Below are positions 1 to 10,138 of a DNA stretch of 20,000 bases, in pieces. The notes under the pieces were generated by a model that saw nothing but the letters and a program-made list of their open reading frames with translations, had not been told where the DNA came from and did not search any database. The stretch lies in IMG/VR virus record IMGVR_UViG_3300018019_000008. The stretch is one strand, 5' to 3'. Source of the DNA: an uncultured virus (IMG/VR IMGVR_UViG_3300018019_000008). Lineage: Duplodnaviria; Heunggongvirae; Uroviricota; Caudoviricetes. Position 1 is the stretch's first letter; the number at the start of each line of letters is the position of its first letter. Both the position numbers and the translations under genes were made by a program.

Positions 1-1
1 A

Positions 2-3000
2 TGTGTAAACCGCGCTATAAACTGGTGGGTTATTTATGTCTGTGTTTGCTATAGTGAAAAGAACTTCTGGGAGTGCATTTCCATATTGGACACCGTTAAA
101 TTCTACTTGTATTGTAGCTTTGTAATGAGTGTTAGATAAAATACCGCACATAAATTTAGCTTTACCGTTAGTAATCATAGTCGATACTGGAACATATAAC
201 GCCTCATTGTATCCCCCTTCACCATAAGGAGCACCAGTATAGTAATCTGACGCTTGAGCAGAAAAACAAGCATATACATAGAATTCTCCTTTTGCTACAC
301 AAACTATTCTAAAGAAGAACCCTGTTCCGTATCCAAGATAAGCACTTTCGCCGTTAGCTGTATTTACTCCTGAAGATGGATTAGACATCATTCCAACATC
401 AATATAATCTCCTATATTCCATATAGTACCACTACTGCCTGACTTGCTATATGGCGGATTAGCTGGTTCATAAACTTCAAAGGTTGTAGTAAACTTTGGC
501 TCTTGTGTTAATGGAATATCAGTTGCTTGTCCCTGTAAATTGTTTCCACCAGCATCGAAACATTTGTTACTATATCTTGCTTCTTGCCATACTATTCCTA
601 TGTTAGTTTTATCTCCACCCCAGATAGCGCAATTAGAAGTATCGGCTTTCCATCCAGCGTCATTACTTGGTGAATAACCACTTGGACCGTTTGTTTGTGG
701 GAACCATTGTGGGTCACTTGAACCTTGACCTGTAGTTACTTCCTCGTTTTTCGCCGTTTTACTAAAGAGAGTTGATAATTTGTCTGGATTAACTTTATTC
801 GATTGTGCTCCTTCAGCCGCCCAATCAGTTGCGATAACACCCATTATTCCCAATGTCTTCAATTGCTTATAAACATCTTTCCAAACATTGCTGATGTCGA
901 GATAAGGTGCCTGACAAGTTAATGTTATGTTTTCACCATTTTCATCAACTTTTGCTTCGGTATTCCAAATTCTATATGCGCTTGTTAGGTTGTTTGGAAT
1001 TGCATTAGGTACTAACCCAGACAGAACATCATTAAGTACAACGTCATCTCCAACATCGTAAATATTGGGGTTTGAAGAGTTAAAACCATGTTCATATGTG
1101 TCTCTTCCTATTTTACATGTTATTGCATTCTTTCTTTTCGGGCTTGCATCAATCTTCAATCTAACTTTAGCATATCTATCAGCGATTCTGCCACCAGCAA
1201 CTTGTTTCTGGGTGAAAATATCTTCGAAGAATCCCTGAATTTCATCCATAGCTTCTGAATCATTTGACCATATTGAGCTAGAATCTTCTTGATTCTTTCC
1301 TTCGCCACTTCCTATTACTTGAACTCTTTGATAAGTATCTCGTGAAGTTCGCTGGTATTTAACTGATTGCATATTTGTTCCTGTTACAAACGAGACAGAA
1401 GTGGACTTGTCGCTTCCTACTCTTGGACCCATATGGAAGTCTCCGATACAATTAAGAGGGTCATGAACTGATGGAGATTCTATCCACCATTCAAATGGCA
1501 AATAATCGTCATTTACCATCGTACCTATATCGAAAAGAATGTCCATTAATCTGTTTTTTGGAATGTTGGTTGGACCAATCATGAAAAGGTCACCTTGCGT
1601 ATATCCCGAAGGATTTCCCGTTTGCTCGCTGTATGATATGAGATTTAAGTCAATATCAGCATCAGCTAAATAGATATATGGACCCCCGCTATAAACAGGT
1701 CCAATGTATGCGTAACAAATCCCGTTACCAACTCCATCTCCGCCGTCAGGAGTATATAAAAGAATTACATCATTTTGTTTAGGAGCATAAACCCCGTTAG
1801 TTGCATCGACACGCCATTCATAAACGTAAAAAGGACTTTCATATGTACCTATGTCAACATAATTGTTCTGTCCATCATCAATAAGTATTCCTATAAAATT
1901 TTGTGGAGCAAAAGAATTAGCATAAACTTGCAATCCTAAATCTGTATTAACAGTTGGACTATATGTTTGACTATAATCAATGTTAAAGTTTCCTTCTATG
2001 AAACTAGCGTATGCAGAAGAAACATACATATGGTCGATTGGATTAGTAAATGTAGTTTCTGTAGGATAAGGAGAAGTAGGAATCCCACTACCATTAAACG
2101 GAATTATATTTCCAGTAGATATTGGAGTAATCGAATTATCTCCCTCAATAATTAACAATCCATATGTTCCTTGAATAAAGGAGACAGTAATAGTTTGAGA
2201 ATAAGTGCCTGAAAGATTACTATATACCCCAACAATACCATTACTGCTAATACCCCAGAAATATACAATCCAAGTTCCAGTATAAGAATTAAGGTCTATT
2301 TCAAACCATTCCTGAGTTAAACTTCCGTTTGCAAAGATAACTTTAACTAAATCGGTTGTATTTGTATCTTGCAAAGTTGAAGTATCTAGAATTAAACTAA
2401 AATTATTATAGAATTTTACGTTACCTTGCGAAGTTGTTAGTATTGTTTCTCCCGCATTTACCTGAGCATAAGTAGCGGTATATTCCTCTGCCGTACCTGT
2501 TTCTGTGAATTCTATTTTATATTCCTTTGTTTTTTGTACTGCTGAAGGGTCTGTTACGTTATTTGGTAGTAATGCTTCATCCCATCTTACCCAATACTTT
2601 ACGGGGTCCGTTCTATAGATGTAGGTTTGAGTAATTTCCCATCCATGATTATAATTATCGCTTTTAGATTCGCTGATTGATGTTCCCAATCCCGCCGCTG
2701 GGTCAGCATAGATTTTTACATTTGTCATATTTCGTGGGTGCCAGCTATGTAAAATATCTGGATAAATATTTTGAAGGTGACACATAGCTTGGTTAGCAGT
2801 AGTGTAAGAATGAACAAGCGGATTTTGTAGAGTAATTGTGTTTCCATTTACCGATTCTATAACATTGATTTCACAATTTGTTGGATTGCCATTCGGGTCG
2901 AAAGTATCCATGATTCCTATATTCATACTTGGTTGGAAGAAGGCATTTGGAGCACTCGAAAGAACTATTGTTGATGAGCCTTTAGATGCATTTGAAGCCA

Positions 3001-6000
3001 AAGTTATAGGTTGATATGTATTAACTAAAGTTATTTCTGGTCCAAGTCCAGCAGATATAACTCCTAAAGTGTATGTTTCTGATTGAGTATTTATATCCAT
3101 TGCATCGAGAAAAGTAGCGTAAGTAGAACCACTTCCATATACTTGTAAATTCGGGTCATACTCAGCTTCAAAATCAACTGTATCTATAGTTCCAGCATTA
3201 TTGAGGGAAGTAAATTGAGCGAGTAAAACTGGTGTGCCGCTGGTAATATTGTACAGTTGTACATATCCAGAACCAGCAGAAAGAGAAGCTATTAACCTAA
3301 TTTGAATCCATGTACCATTAATAATAGGGAAATCAGTCCAACTTGTACCCCATTCTCCATTTAGAACAAGATTACCATTTTCCATAAGGAAAAATCTCAT
3401 GTATTGTTGATTGGAATTTGCATATAAACTGGTTTCAACTCCAACAACGGCGGCGCAAGATGTCATATTTGGATTTGGACGAGCGACAGATGAACTATTA
3501 TAAAGTTTCAATAGATTAATCCAACCATAAGATAAAGTTCCATTGAAGTTAAGTAAAACTTGCCCGATTTGGAATTGAGCATATGCTGGATTACCTGATG
3601 TTTCAATGCTTCCAACAATAGAAAACTTTACTTGTGCGCTCATCCAATCATCGTAAGATGTCAAATATGAAGATATGTCAGTTGGTGCAAACAAGTTTGC
3701 CCAAGATGTGCTTGAAAATTGATTTCCAGAATCAGCAACTTGTACCCAACTACCTGAGTGCGCTACCCATAAGAATGCTTGAACCCGTATATTTTGTATA
3801 GCACCGTTTCCGCCTATGTTATTTTGGATTCTTGCTGATACGTTAAAGTGACAAGGACTTGTAGGTACACATGCAGTACCATTCGTACTGAAAGCATTAG
3901 CTAAGTTATCAAATGTGCAATAGTCAGCAGAAGCCCATGTAGGAACTACAGTACCTAAAACATAAATATGGTTATCATCTTCATCACTACTTGTTCTAAC
4001 ATATGGTGCCGTACCAGCCGTAAGCCAATGGTTACTACCAGCCTGATTCCAAGTAGCCGCCATTACATTGCCATTTTTGCTCTGATTATGCGGTGGCGGA
4101 GCACGAACCCAAGCATCTACTTGAACAAAAGATGTGGGATTAATATCTTCCTCAAAATACCATTTTTGACCGTTAGCAGTACATTGTATTTGTTGGCATC
4201 CAGTTCCTTGTATTTGTTGTGTAGTGTTTGTTGAGTCTTGAGCGTTTCCACCAAAAGTGCTCCAAGTATTGGCTGTACTTGATTGAGCAGTAAAATCATC
4301 AATCCATACTCCATAACCATCAAAAGATGCTGTGTCGATGAAGATATTTACAACTTGTTTCGTATTGTTTGTCCAAGCATTTGCTTTAGCATCCTCAAAA
4401 ATCCAACCAGTTTGAGTAGAAACTATAACAATGGGAGATAATGTATTGTCGCTATAGACTAAATAATACTGGAATCGTTTACCTTGAACTTGACCTCTAT
4501 GCCAGAACCCTAAACTTGTACAATTATTATACACTACAGACGGATTAAAGTTTGCTGATTGTGTAGCTGTACATTCTTCAGGAACATTAAAACTAGATTC
4601 TGTGCATGGCATATATAAGTCCCATATTCCGCTATGTGCATTAGTGCCATCATTATAAATTTCGGCATTAGAAAGAAGCCATCCCGTACTATCGCCAGTT
4701 TCAAAGCCGCCGTTAATAAATTGTTGTCCGCCACTTGTAAAAGCGTCCATATTATTGGAATAAATTTCTGCTAATCCCTCAAAAGCATAAGATATTGCCA
4801 TATAACGATATGTAAATGTATCCCCAGCATTAGTAATTGGACAACTCCAAATTAATTCACTTTGTTTCATAGTTCCAGCATTATAGATATAATATGTAAG
4901 GGTTGTACCACTTCTTATAACCTGAACCCAATATGTAGTACCTATAGAAAGATTACTTATTCCATTAACAAACGTTCCAGCGAAATATGTTTCTGTACCA
5001 TAACTACTGCCTTTATATCTAACTTCTGGGTATAATACCCCGCCTATGTTAATAATATCGAAAGTAGTGAAAGCACCAGCTTCTTGCTCTATTGTGTAAA
5101 AGTTTGCTATTTGATTAGCCAAACACCACGGTATAAATGCTGGCGCATTATGTGGAGATGTTGATGTAGAACAAGGTTGAGAAGTTCCTATATTAAAGGC
5201 AAAACTTTCATTAATAGTTCCGTTTATAGGACCAGTTTCAGTTGCGTTTATTCCTTGTCTGTAGAAATATGCAATTTTACTTGAATTATCGCTTTGATAA
5301 GAATAAAACGTAAGTTGGTCTTGTCCAGCATCTAAAGCAAGATAAGGTGGGTTTGGTGTTGATGCCTCATAGAGAGTATAGCCATTAAAAAGTTCTAGTC
5401 CACCCGAAGTTGTAATATGATAAGCGGCTGGAAATGAATTAATATGCTCTCTGCTTTCAAGATAAACCCCCATACATGGGATTTCATTAAATTGTATATT
5501 AACCCAATCTGGATTATGACCAGAAGTTTTAGTAGGATTTGGGTAAATAGTTCCGCCACTTGCATATCCAACTTGGAGATAACAGTAACGAATGTAAGTA
5601 GAAAGAAGACCTAATTCTACGAATTTTATTCTCGCGTTATTTACATCGCCAACATTCGTAAGAACATGTGAAAGGTCAATAGTATATATTCTCCAAGCTA
5701 ATTTATTTATGTCATAAATACTTCCAAACGTGAGACTTGCAAGCGCATTACTTCTTCCAATCATCTCTCCCATATCAGACCAATCTCCATTAGAAGCAGT
5801 ATATACAAGAACTTCGCAATCAGATTGAATGAATGGATTTAGAGTAAAGTCCCCCGCTGACCATATTACAAGAGTACAACTATTAACCGCTGTAGCATTA
5901 TCTGGGGAAGCATATGGGGGCATAGGCTTACCATTTGGATTTTCCCAAAGAGGATTAACTGAGAAAGTAATGGAAGCATTAACGTTAATATTAGATTGAA

Positions 6001-6769
6001 TATAACTTGTTGGTCTTGTTCCAAGAAGGATACTGTCATTTGCATAAGGAGCGGTGCCTATTTCATCCCATCCGCTATTTTGCATAACTGCTCCAACTAC
6101 TCCTTCATAACCGTGATATTCATCTGTAGGTTGACTTATTTCAAAAGGAGTCCCAGAATTTGACCAAATCATATCTCTTTTTCTTAAAACAGTAGTGTTT
6201 ATATCGCCATATCCTTCTTGATTATCTGGACCTCGACCACCTTCTAAAGCTATGAAATTGGAAATGTCAATTCCCCATCCTTCTTTATTATAAGGATACA
6301 TTGATTCAGCAGTAGTAGAAGTATCGCTTGGAACTTGTGGTAAATCTGAACGCGGAGTCCAGAGTAAAAACTTCATCAACTCAACTGGATTAATATTTCC
6401 GAAAAATCCTTTGGTTTCTGGAAGTGGATTATTAAAGTTTTCTACATACTTTCGCCAGAGCAAAAGTGTAAGGTCTCGTCCACCAAGATTAAGGAATCGT
6501 CCATCTTCATCCCAATCAATTTCTATATCTTCAACGAACCCTACCCATTCTTGATTTCCATCACGCACAAATTGAATTAGGTCATTGAAAGTAACGTTAG
6601 GGTCATACTCAATTGTAGCTGTAAATTCTGGGGGAGAATCCATTCTAACTTTCTTTTTAACATCAAATGTTGTCCACTTACGCGGGAGTCCCCAATTAGG
6701 ACTTGGAGTCCCAACAATATTAGCTTGATGAGCTATATAAACTGTCCATGTTTTTCCAGATTCAGGCAT
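2..6769 (-). CDS. Giant tail-tip / baseplate-hub (Tal-like) protein with inserted adhesin or carbohydrate-binding domains, >=2256 aa, 3' end outside the window
   Basis: ATG at 6769 gives MPESGKTWTVYIAHQ...FTATIEYDPNVTFNDLIQFVRDGNQEWVGFVEDIEIDWDEDGRFLNLGGRDLTLLLWRK, a hub-like N-terminus. The same frame is coding at the window edge (...LPEVLFTIANTDINNPPVYSAVYT). Absence from the ORF track fits a frame with no stop in the window. A hub-like second half (YQRVQVIGSGEG...YDVGDDVVLND) lies at about 880-1560, and a CBM-like motif (FINGGFETGDSTGW) at about 4700. It lies downstream of the tape-measure-like gene. Confidence 0.8.
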   Translation of the reverse strand, partial: MPESGKTWTVYIAHQANIVGTPSPNWGLPRKWTTFDVKKKVRMDSPPEFTATIEYDPNVTFNDLIQFVRDGNQEWVGFVEDIEIDWDEDGRFLNLGGRDLTLLLWRKYVENFNNPLPETKGFFGNINPVELMKFLLWTPRSDLPQVPSDTSTTAESMYPYNKEGWGIDISNFIALEGGRGPDNQEGYGDINTTVLRKRDMIWSNSGTPFEISQPTDEYHGYEGVVGAVMQNSGWDEIGTAPYANDSILLGTRPTSYIQSNINVNASITFSVNPLWENPNGKPMPPYASPDNATAVNSCTLVIWSAGDFTLNPFIQSDCEVLVYTASNGDWSDMGEMIGRSNALASLTFGSIYDINKLAWRIYTIDLSHVLTNVGDVNNARIKFVELGLLSTYIRYCYLQVGYASGGTIYPNPTKTSGHNPDWVNIQFNEIPCMGVYLESREHINSFPAAYHITTSGGLELFNGYTLYEASTPNPPYLALDAGQDQLTFYSYQSDNSSKIAYFYRQGINATETGPINGTINESFAFNIGTSQPCSTSTSPHNAPAFIPWCLANQIANFYTIEQEAGAFTTFDIINIGGVLYPEVRYKGSSYGTETYFAGTFVNGISNLSIGTTYWVQVIRSGTTLTYYIYNAGTMKQSELIWSCPITNAGDTFTYRYMAISYAFEGLAEIYSNNMDAFTSGGQQFINGGFETGDSTGWLLSNAEIYNDGTNAHSGIWDLYMPCTESSFNVPEECTATQSANFNPSVVYNNCTSLGFWHRGQVQGKRFQYYLVYSDNTLSPIVIVSTQTGWIFEDAKANAWTNNTKQVVNIFIDTASFDGYGVWIDDFTAQSSTANTWSTFGGNAQDSTNTTQQIQGTGCQQIQCTANGQKWYFEEDINPTSFVQVDAWVRAPPPHNQSKNGNVMAATWNQAGSNHWLTAGTAPYVRTSSDEDDNHIYVLGTVVPTWASADYCTFDNLANAFSTNGTACVPTSPCHFNVSARIQNNIGGNGAIQNIRVQAFLWVAHSGSWVQVADSGNQFSSTSWANLFAPTDISSYLTSYDDWMSAQVKFSIVGSIETSGNPAYAQFQIGQVLLNFNGTLSYGWINLLKLYNSSSVARPNPNMTSCAAVVGVETSLYANSNQQYMRFFLMENGNLVLNGEWGTSWTDFPIINGTWIQIRLIASLSAGSGYVQLYNITSGTPVLLAQFTSLNNAGTIDTVDFEAEYDPNLQVYGSGSTYATFLDAMDINTQSETYTLGVISAGLGPEITLVNTYQPITLASNASKGSSTIVLSSAPNAFFQPSMNIGIMDTFDPNGNPTNCEINVIESVNGNTITLQNPLVHSYTTANQAMCHLQNIYPDILHSWHPRNMTNVKIYADPAAGLGTSISESKSDNYNHGWEITQTYIYRTDPVKYWVRWDEALLPNNVTDPSAVQKTKEYKIEFTETGTAEEYTATYAQVNAGETILTTSQGNVKFYNNFSLILDTSTLQDTNTTDLVKVIFANGSLTQEWFEIDLNSYTGTWIVYFWGISSNGIVGVYSNLSGTYSQTITVSFIQGTYGLLIIEGDNSITPISTGNIIPFNGSGIPTSPYPTETTFTNPIDHMYVSSAYASFIEGNFNIDYSQTYSPTVNTDLGLQVYANSFAPQNFIGILIDDGQNNYVDIGTYESPFYVYEWRVDATNGVYAPKQNDVILLYTPDGGDGVGNGICYAYIGPVYSGGPYIYLADADIDLNLISYSEQTGNPSGYTQGDLFMIGPTNIPKNRLMDILFDIGTMVNDDYLPFEWWIESPSVHDPLNCIGDFHMGPRVGSDKSTSVSFVTGTNMQSVKYQRTSRDTYQRVQVIGSGEGKNQEDSSSIWSNDSEAMDEIQGFFEDIFTQKQVAGGRIADRYAKVRLKIDASPKRKNAITCKIGRDTYEHGFNSSNPNIYDVGDDVVLNDVLSGLVPNAIPNNLTSAYRIWNTEAKVDENGENITLTCQAPYLDISNVWKDVYKQLKTLGIMGVIATDWAAEGAQSNKVNPDKLSTLFSKTAKNEEVTTGQGSSDPQWFPQTNGPSGYSPSNDAGWKADTSNCAIWGGDKTNIGIVWQEARYSNKCFDAGGNNLQGQATDIPLTQEPKFTTTFEVYEPANPPYSKSGSSGTIWNIGDYIDVGMMSNPSSGVNTANGESAYLGYGTGFFFRIVCVAKGEFYVYACFSAQASDYYTGAPYGEGGYNEALYVPVSTMITNGKAKFMCGILSNTHYKATIQVEFNGVQYGNALPEVLFTIANTDINNPPVYSAVYT

Positions 6770-6780
6770 TTTCTATTCTC

Positions 6781-7164
6781 CTACCTATATTTCTTTCTAT
6801 ATTCTTTATTTTCATATCGTTTTATCCAATTGCAGTTAGCACAAAGAAGTTGATAATCCTTACTACCAAGTTTAATTTGTTCAAGAATATAATAAAAATA
6901 AGTTGCACAACCATTCTTAAAATGGGTTCTTTCTTTATTTCCGCCGCCGTTAATATGGTCAATCTGTAATGCTCTCCAATCTGTCATTCCATCAGGAACA
7001 GCACAATTAAGATTAGAACACTTACTACCGAGTAGTTCAATAATTTTCATTCTTATTTCATGAGTTCTTTCTCGCTGTTGTTTTGCTCGTTCTTCTCTAT
7101 GATTTTTATTATATCTTTGCATATTGTTTAATCCATCATTTATTTTTCTACTCATATTTATCAA
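6781..7164 (-). CDS. HNH-like endonuclease, free-standing
   Basis: CSNLNC...LQIDHINGGG...YQLLCANCNWIKR: Zn-binding HNH signature with a basic N-terminus. Close paralog of 12514..12879. Confidence 0.8.
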   Translation of the reverse strand: MINMSRKINDGLNNMQRYNKNHREERAKQQRERTHEIRMKIIELLGSKCSNLNCAVPDGMTDWRALQIDHINGGGNKERTHFKNGCATYFYYILEQIKLGSKDYQLLCANCNWIKRYENKEYRKKYR

Positions 7165-7166
7165 CC

Positions 7167-7991
7167 TTAACGATTGTTCATTGCGATAGTCCTTGATTGC
7201 TTTTTCATAATGTCATTCATGTCATCCTTATCCATCTTTGTATTCATTGTTTCAACGTTCATCGATGCATCTATAACTGTAGTTCCGCCCATTCCACCCG
7301 CCGCCGCTGGTGTACCTGTATGTGGATTATACACGACTTCGCCTTCATGAAGCATTGCTAAACCAGTATGAGGAACGCTCATAGTACCCATTTGATATGA
7401 TGGTGCTCCACCGCCTAACACGCCAGAAGCCGCTAAACCAGCCGCCGCCGCGCCGCCAGCCAAACCACCTACCATTGCTAACCCCATTGTTGTGATGTTT
7501 TCCCATGTAAATAACAGAATAAGAGCCGCTACAATACCCATTATTGCGGCGATAACTGCATCAGCCCACTTTGGAAAACTTTGAAGCGCATAAGACATAA
7601 TCATGAATACAGCAAAAGCCGCACCTATTGAAATAGCTAAGGATTGATATGACAAATCCATACCAAAAACAGTTACAGTATTTTGCATTTGCGCCATAGA
7701 GAGAGCTTTTGTTATTCCAGCAACCATAGACATAATACCCATTATCTGCATGAAATTACCAGTTAATGAAAGCATTTTTCCGCCAGTACCGCCTATTTGT
7801 TGCCCTAAAACCGTAAACATAGTTCCAGCCATTAAAGCGGATTTACCCATTTCTATTTGTGCTAAAGCCATATTCTTTTGTTGTGTTATCATTCCATCTA
7901 ACTGTTTCATCGCACTCATAAGTATAGCAGTTGTATAGTTTGTTGCTCTCAAAGTAAGCCAGACAGTTCTTAAATTAGTTGTTGCCGCCAT
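7167..7991 (-). CDS. Short tape-measure-like tail protein (274 aa)
   Basis: Ala/Gly/Met-rich helical protein with hydrophobic segments. The C-terminal motif YQMGTMSVPHTGLAMLHEGEVV resembles tape-measure C-termini. It lies between the tail chaperone and the hub gene. Confidence 0.65.
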   Translation of the reverse strand: MAATTNLRTVWLTLRATNYTTAILMSAMKQLDGMITQQKNMALAQIEMGKSALMAGTMFTVLGQQIGGTGGKMLSLTGNFMQIMGIMSMVAGITKALSMAQMQNTVTVFGMDLSYQSLAISIGAAFAVFMIMSYALQSFPKWADAVIAAIMGIVAALILLFTWENITTMGLAMVGGLAGGAAAAGLAASGVLGGGAPSYQMGTMSVPHTGLAMLHEGEVVYNPHTGTPAAAGGMGGTTVIDASMNVETMNTKMDKDDMNDIMKKQSRTIAMNNR

Positions 7992-7997
7992 TTTTCA

Positions 7998-8444
7998 TTA
8001 CTCCTGAGTATTTACTCCCATTTCGGTCAAGGCTTCATCGACAGCCATTTCAATATCTTCCGCATAAACCATATAAGCATCATCGAGGAAAGGGTCTCCC
8101 TCATAAAACATTCCGTTTCTCATTAAATGTCCATCATGAACAAGCATGGCATAATCGGATGTCGGTTTGCCACTTAATGGGTTAACAATGCTAGGGTCGC
8201 CCGCGTAAACTGAAGCGTTGAAAAAATCATTACCTGAACTTATGGCACCGCCCTCAAGATTTATACTACTTGATAAAGCTCCTGTTTCTTTTGGGCAATA
8301 ATCAATCGCCAAAGCCTTAACGTTTTCCATAATTTCTTGAAGCTCTTCTGCAACAAAAACTGGTAGCTCTTCATTTATATAAACTAGAGTATCCTCTACT
8401 TGTTGAGTAGTTCCGTCATCTGTTACTCCCATACTTATACACAT
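7998..8444 (-). CDS. HK97 gp10-like tail/neck component (true start possibly 8432)
   Basis: Motifs AIDYCPKETGALSSSI, DYAMLVHDGH and GDPFLDDAY match the P-x-x-T-G-x-L / YA..VE.G / PFL pattern of the HK97 gp10 family. Confidence 0.75.
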   Translation of the reverse strand: MCISMGVTDDGTTQQVEDTLVYINEELPVFVAEELQEIMENVKALAIDYCPKETGALSSSINLEGGAISSGNDFFNASVYAGDPSIVNPLSGKPTSDYAMLVHDGHLMRNGMFYEGDPFLDDAYMVYAEDIEMAVDEALTEMGVNTQE

Positions 8445-8446
8445 TT

Positions 8447-8635
8447 TTATCTTCTCCTACCACTTCGTATAGGTTGTGAATTGTATTTGTCTCTATCGTT
8501 TTTGGCTTTAATGTACTCTAATATTAAGAGCTTGTCTGCCATTGACGGACACCGACTATCTAACTCGCTGAAACTGCAATGAAGGAACTCACAGACTACC
8601 ATTAGGTTGAATCCGTAGTTCGAGGCTAAAAATTT
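8447..8635 (-). CDS. -1 frameshift extension of the tail assembly chaperone (gpGT-like)
   Basis: Heptamer A-AAT-TTT at 8635..8629. The -1 frame is open for 60 codons (LASNYGFNLMVVCEFLHCSFSELDSRCPSMADKLLILEYIKAKNDRDKYNSQPIRSGRRR*) and fills the gap to the next gene. Confidence 0.7.
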   Translation of the reverse strand, partial: KFLASNYGFNLMVVCEFLHCSFSELDSRCPSMADKLLILEYIKAKNDRDKYNSQPIRSGRRR

Positions 8636-9087
8636 CCGACCATGATTCCTAGTTTCCGATATGCATCAAATATGTATATCGTAAACATTTCTTGGAATAC
8701 TAAGTCAGTATTTTCTCGCCAATATGCCGCATCATGCTTCGGTTTTGCAATTAGCTTTTCCATCATATCGAATGAATGATTCTTATACTTTTCCTGAAGA
8801 GCTTCTGGTATTTGAGTTGGGTCTTTATATGGTAGCAATTCAGTTGGAGTCATATCTTCCCACTCTTTAGCGGAAGGTCTTCGAATCCAACATAATGGCT
8901 CACCAGTATTAGGGTCTAACATTGGGTCAAGAATGTCATGGAAACGTTTTATGTTTGCATCAAGCTCTTCAGCATTTTGTGTCATTTTCTGCTTTGCAAG
9001 TTCCATCTTTTTGATGTCTTCAGCTAATTGTTCGGGTGTCCTTTTATATCTTTCGATTATTGCTAATTTTCTTTGTTCGGATGCCAT
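8626..9087 (-). CDS. Tail assembly chaperone (lambda gpG-like)
   Basis: 153 aa, upstream of the tape-measure-like gene, ending in the slippery site A AAT TTT immediately before TAG. Confidence 0.6.
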   Translation of the reverse strand: MASEQRKLAIIERYKRTPEQLAEDIKKMELAKQKMTQNAEELDANIKRFHDILDPMLDPNTGEPLCWIRRPSAKEWEDMTPTELLPYKDPTQIPEALQEKYKNHSFDMMEKLIAKPKHDAAYWRENTDLVFQEMFTIYIFDAYRKLGIMVGNF

Positions 9088-9090
9088 GAT

Positions 9091-9106
9091 TTAATCATCT
9101 GATTAA
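9091..9106. promoter_or_regulatory. Palindromic operator-like site TTAATCA-N2-TGATTAA (copy 1)
   Basis: TTAATCATCTGATTAA between the promoter and the start of the tail chaperone. Confidence 0.65.
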
Positions 9107-9121
9107 TACTATGCTAATCGA

Positions 9122-9138
9122 GTATATAAGCCTTATGG
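9122..9138 (-). promoter_or_regulatory. BRE+TATA promoter of the tail operon
   Basis: CCATAAGGCTTATATAC on the minus strand. Confidence 0.7.
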
Positions 9139-9171
9139 TAACACTTATTGTATTAAAATATATTAAAAATG

Positions 9172-9546
9172 TTAAGGACGAACTTTTTTTCTTTTTAAAA
9201 ATCGATGATGCAATAACCCGTGGCATTTCGCACATAAAGTTATGGTTTTCAAAGGTGAATAACTAATCTCATGACATAATAAATTTTTGGTTGAACCACA
9301 AACTTCACAATTAGGCTTCAATTTCTTAAAGCCATTTGCATCTTGTTGTTCATTAGCCAATATCTGTAATTTTTCTGATATATCTTTTGGAGTTTGAGAA
9401 ATTATTTCAAGTTTTAATTTTGCATATTGTTCTTTTGAGAAGAAGTGTTTTCGGCATTTTTCTGAGCAAAATTGTTGTATTCCAGCCCTATAATTAGGAT
9501 TTTGAATAAATTCCTTTTTACATTCTGGATTTTGACATATTAGCAC
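9172..9546 (-). CDS. Zn-finger / HNH-like protein
   Basis: N-terminal CQNPEC...FCSEKC; C-terminal CEVC...LLCHEISY...LCAKCHGLLH. A TATA box lies upstream at about 9580-9595. Confidence 0.65.
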   Translation of the reverse strand: MLICQNPECKKEFIQNPNYRAGIQQFCSEKCRKHFFSKEQYAKLKLEIISQTPKDISEKLQILANEQQDANGFKKLKPNCEVCGSTKNLLCHEISYSPLKTITLCAKCHGLLHHRFLKRKKVRP

Positions 9547-9616
9547 GTTTTATCACTATTTATATTTATGTTAGTCGTAATATATAAACTTTTCTATTAT
9601 ATCTAACACTTTCTGT

Positions 9617-9633
9617 CCATAAGATTTAAATAG
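9617..9633 (+). promoter_or_regulatory. Archaeal BRE+TATA promoter
   Basis: CCATAAGATTTAAATAG, a copy of the recurring 17-bp motif. Confidence 0.8.
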
Positions 9634-9649
9634 GAGAAGCGTATTCTAA

Positions 9650-9665
9650 TTAATCAGGTGATTAA
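9650..9665. promoter_or_regulatory. Palindromic operator-like site (copy 2)
   Basis: TTAATCAGGTGATTAA over the predicted start site and RBS of ORF 9668. Confidence 0.65.
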
Positions 9666-9667
9666 GT

Positions 9668-10138
9668 ATGATTACAAGAAAAATGCAAAAATTTCTTGAG
9701 GAAATAGAACAACATCCTGAACTAATGAAGAAAATAAAATATTGCGTTTACATGAATCGAATCCAGAAAAGGCTCGAACGCGAACTTGATTCAACACTTT
9801 GGTTAGCAGTCCATCACCCGAAAATCCTCTTAGATGAGGAAAAAGAATGTATGGACATAACTGGAAAAATAAGTTCTCATCGCCGATTGAAAAAACTACT
9901 TTTAATTGTAAAAGCTGTAAATCCTAAAATGGAAGTTGAACTTGTTCTTAAAAATCTAGAGTTTCCAGAAAAAGAGCCAGTAACACAGGGAACCGTAGCT
10001 GACCTTTACAAACTCAAAGGCAAATGTCCAAAATGCGGAAAAGAACCTTGTGAATGCGATAAAATGGAAGCAAAACTTCAAGAAGTTGTTCAGCAATCTC
10101 AACCAGAAGAAGGTACTAGACTACCTCGACCTAACTAA
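9668..10138 (+). CDS. Hypothetical protein with C-terminal CxxC...CxC motif
   Basis: 156-aa ORF with its own promoter (9617-9633) and a GGTGA RBS; contains CPKCGKEPCEC. Confidence 0.65.
   Translation: MITRKMQKFLEEIEQHPELMKKIKYCVYMNRIQKRLERELDSTLWLAVHHPKILLDEEKECMDITGKISSHRRLKKLLLIVKAVNPKMEVELVLKNLEFPEKEPVTQGTVADLYKLKGKCPKCGKEPCECDKMEAKLQEVVQQSQPEEGTRLPRPN

Noticed and set aside
1..6769. Apparent 6.7-kb gene desert, suggesting stop-codon recoding or non-coding DNA
   Set aside because: A single minus-strand frame is coding at every point I translated and runs off the window edge. The short track ORFs here (1967, 3968, 4117, 4534) are shadows of it.
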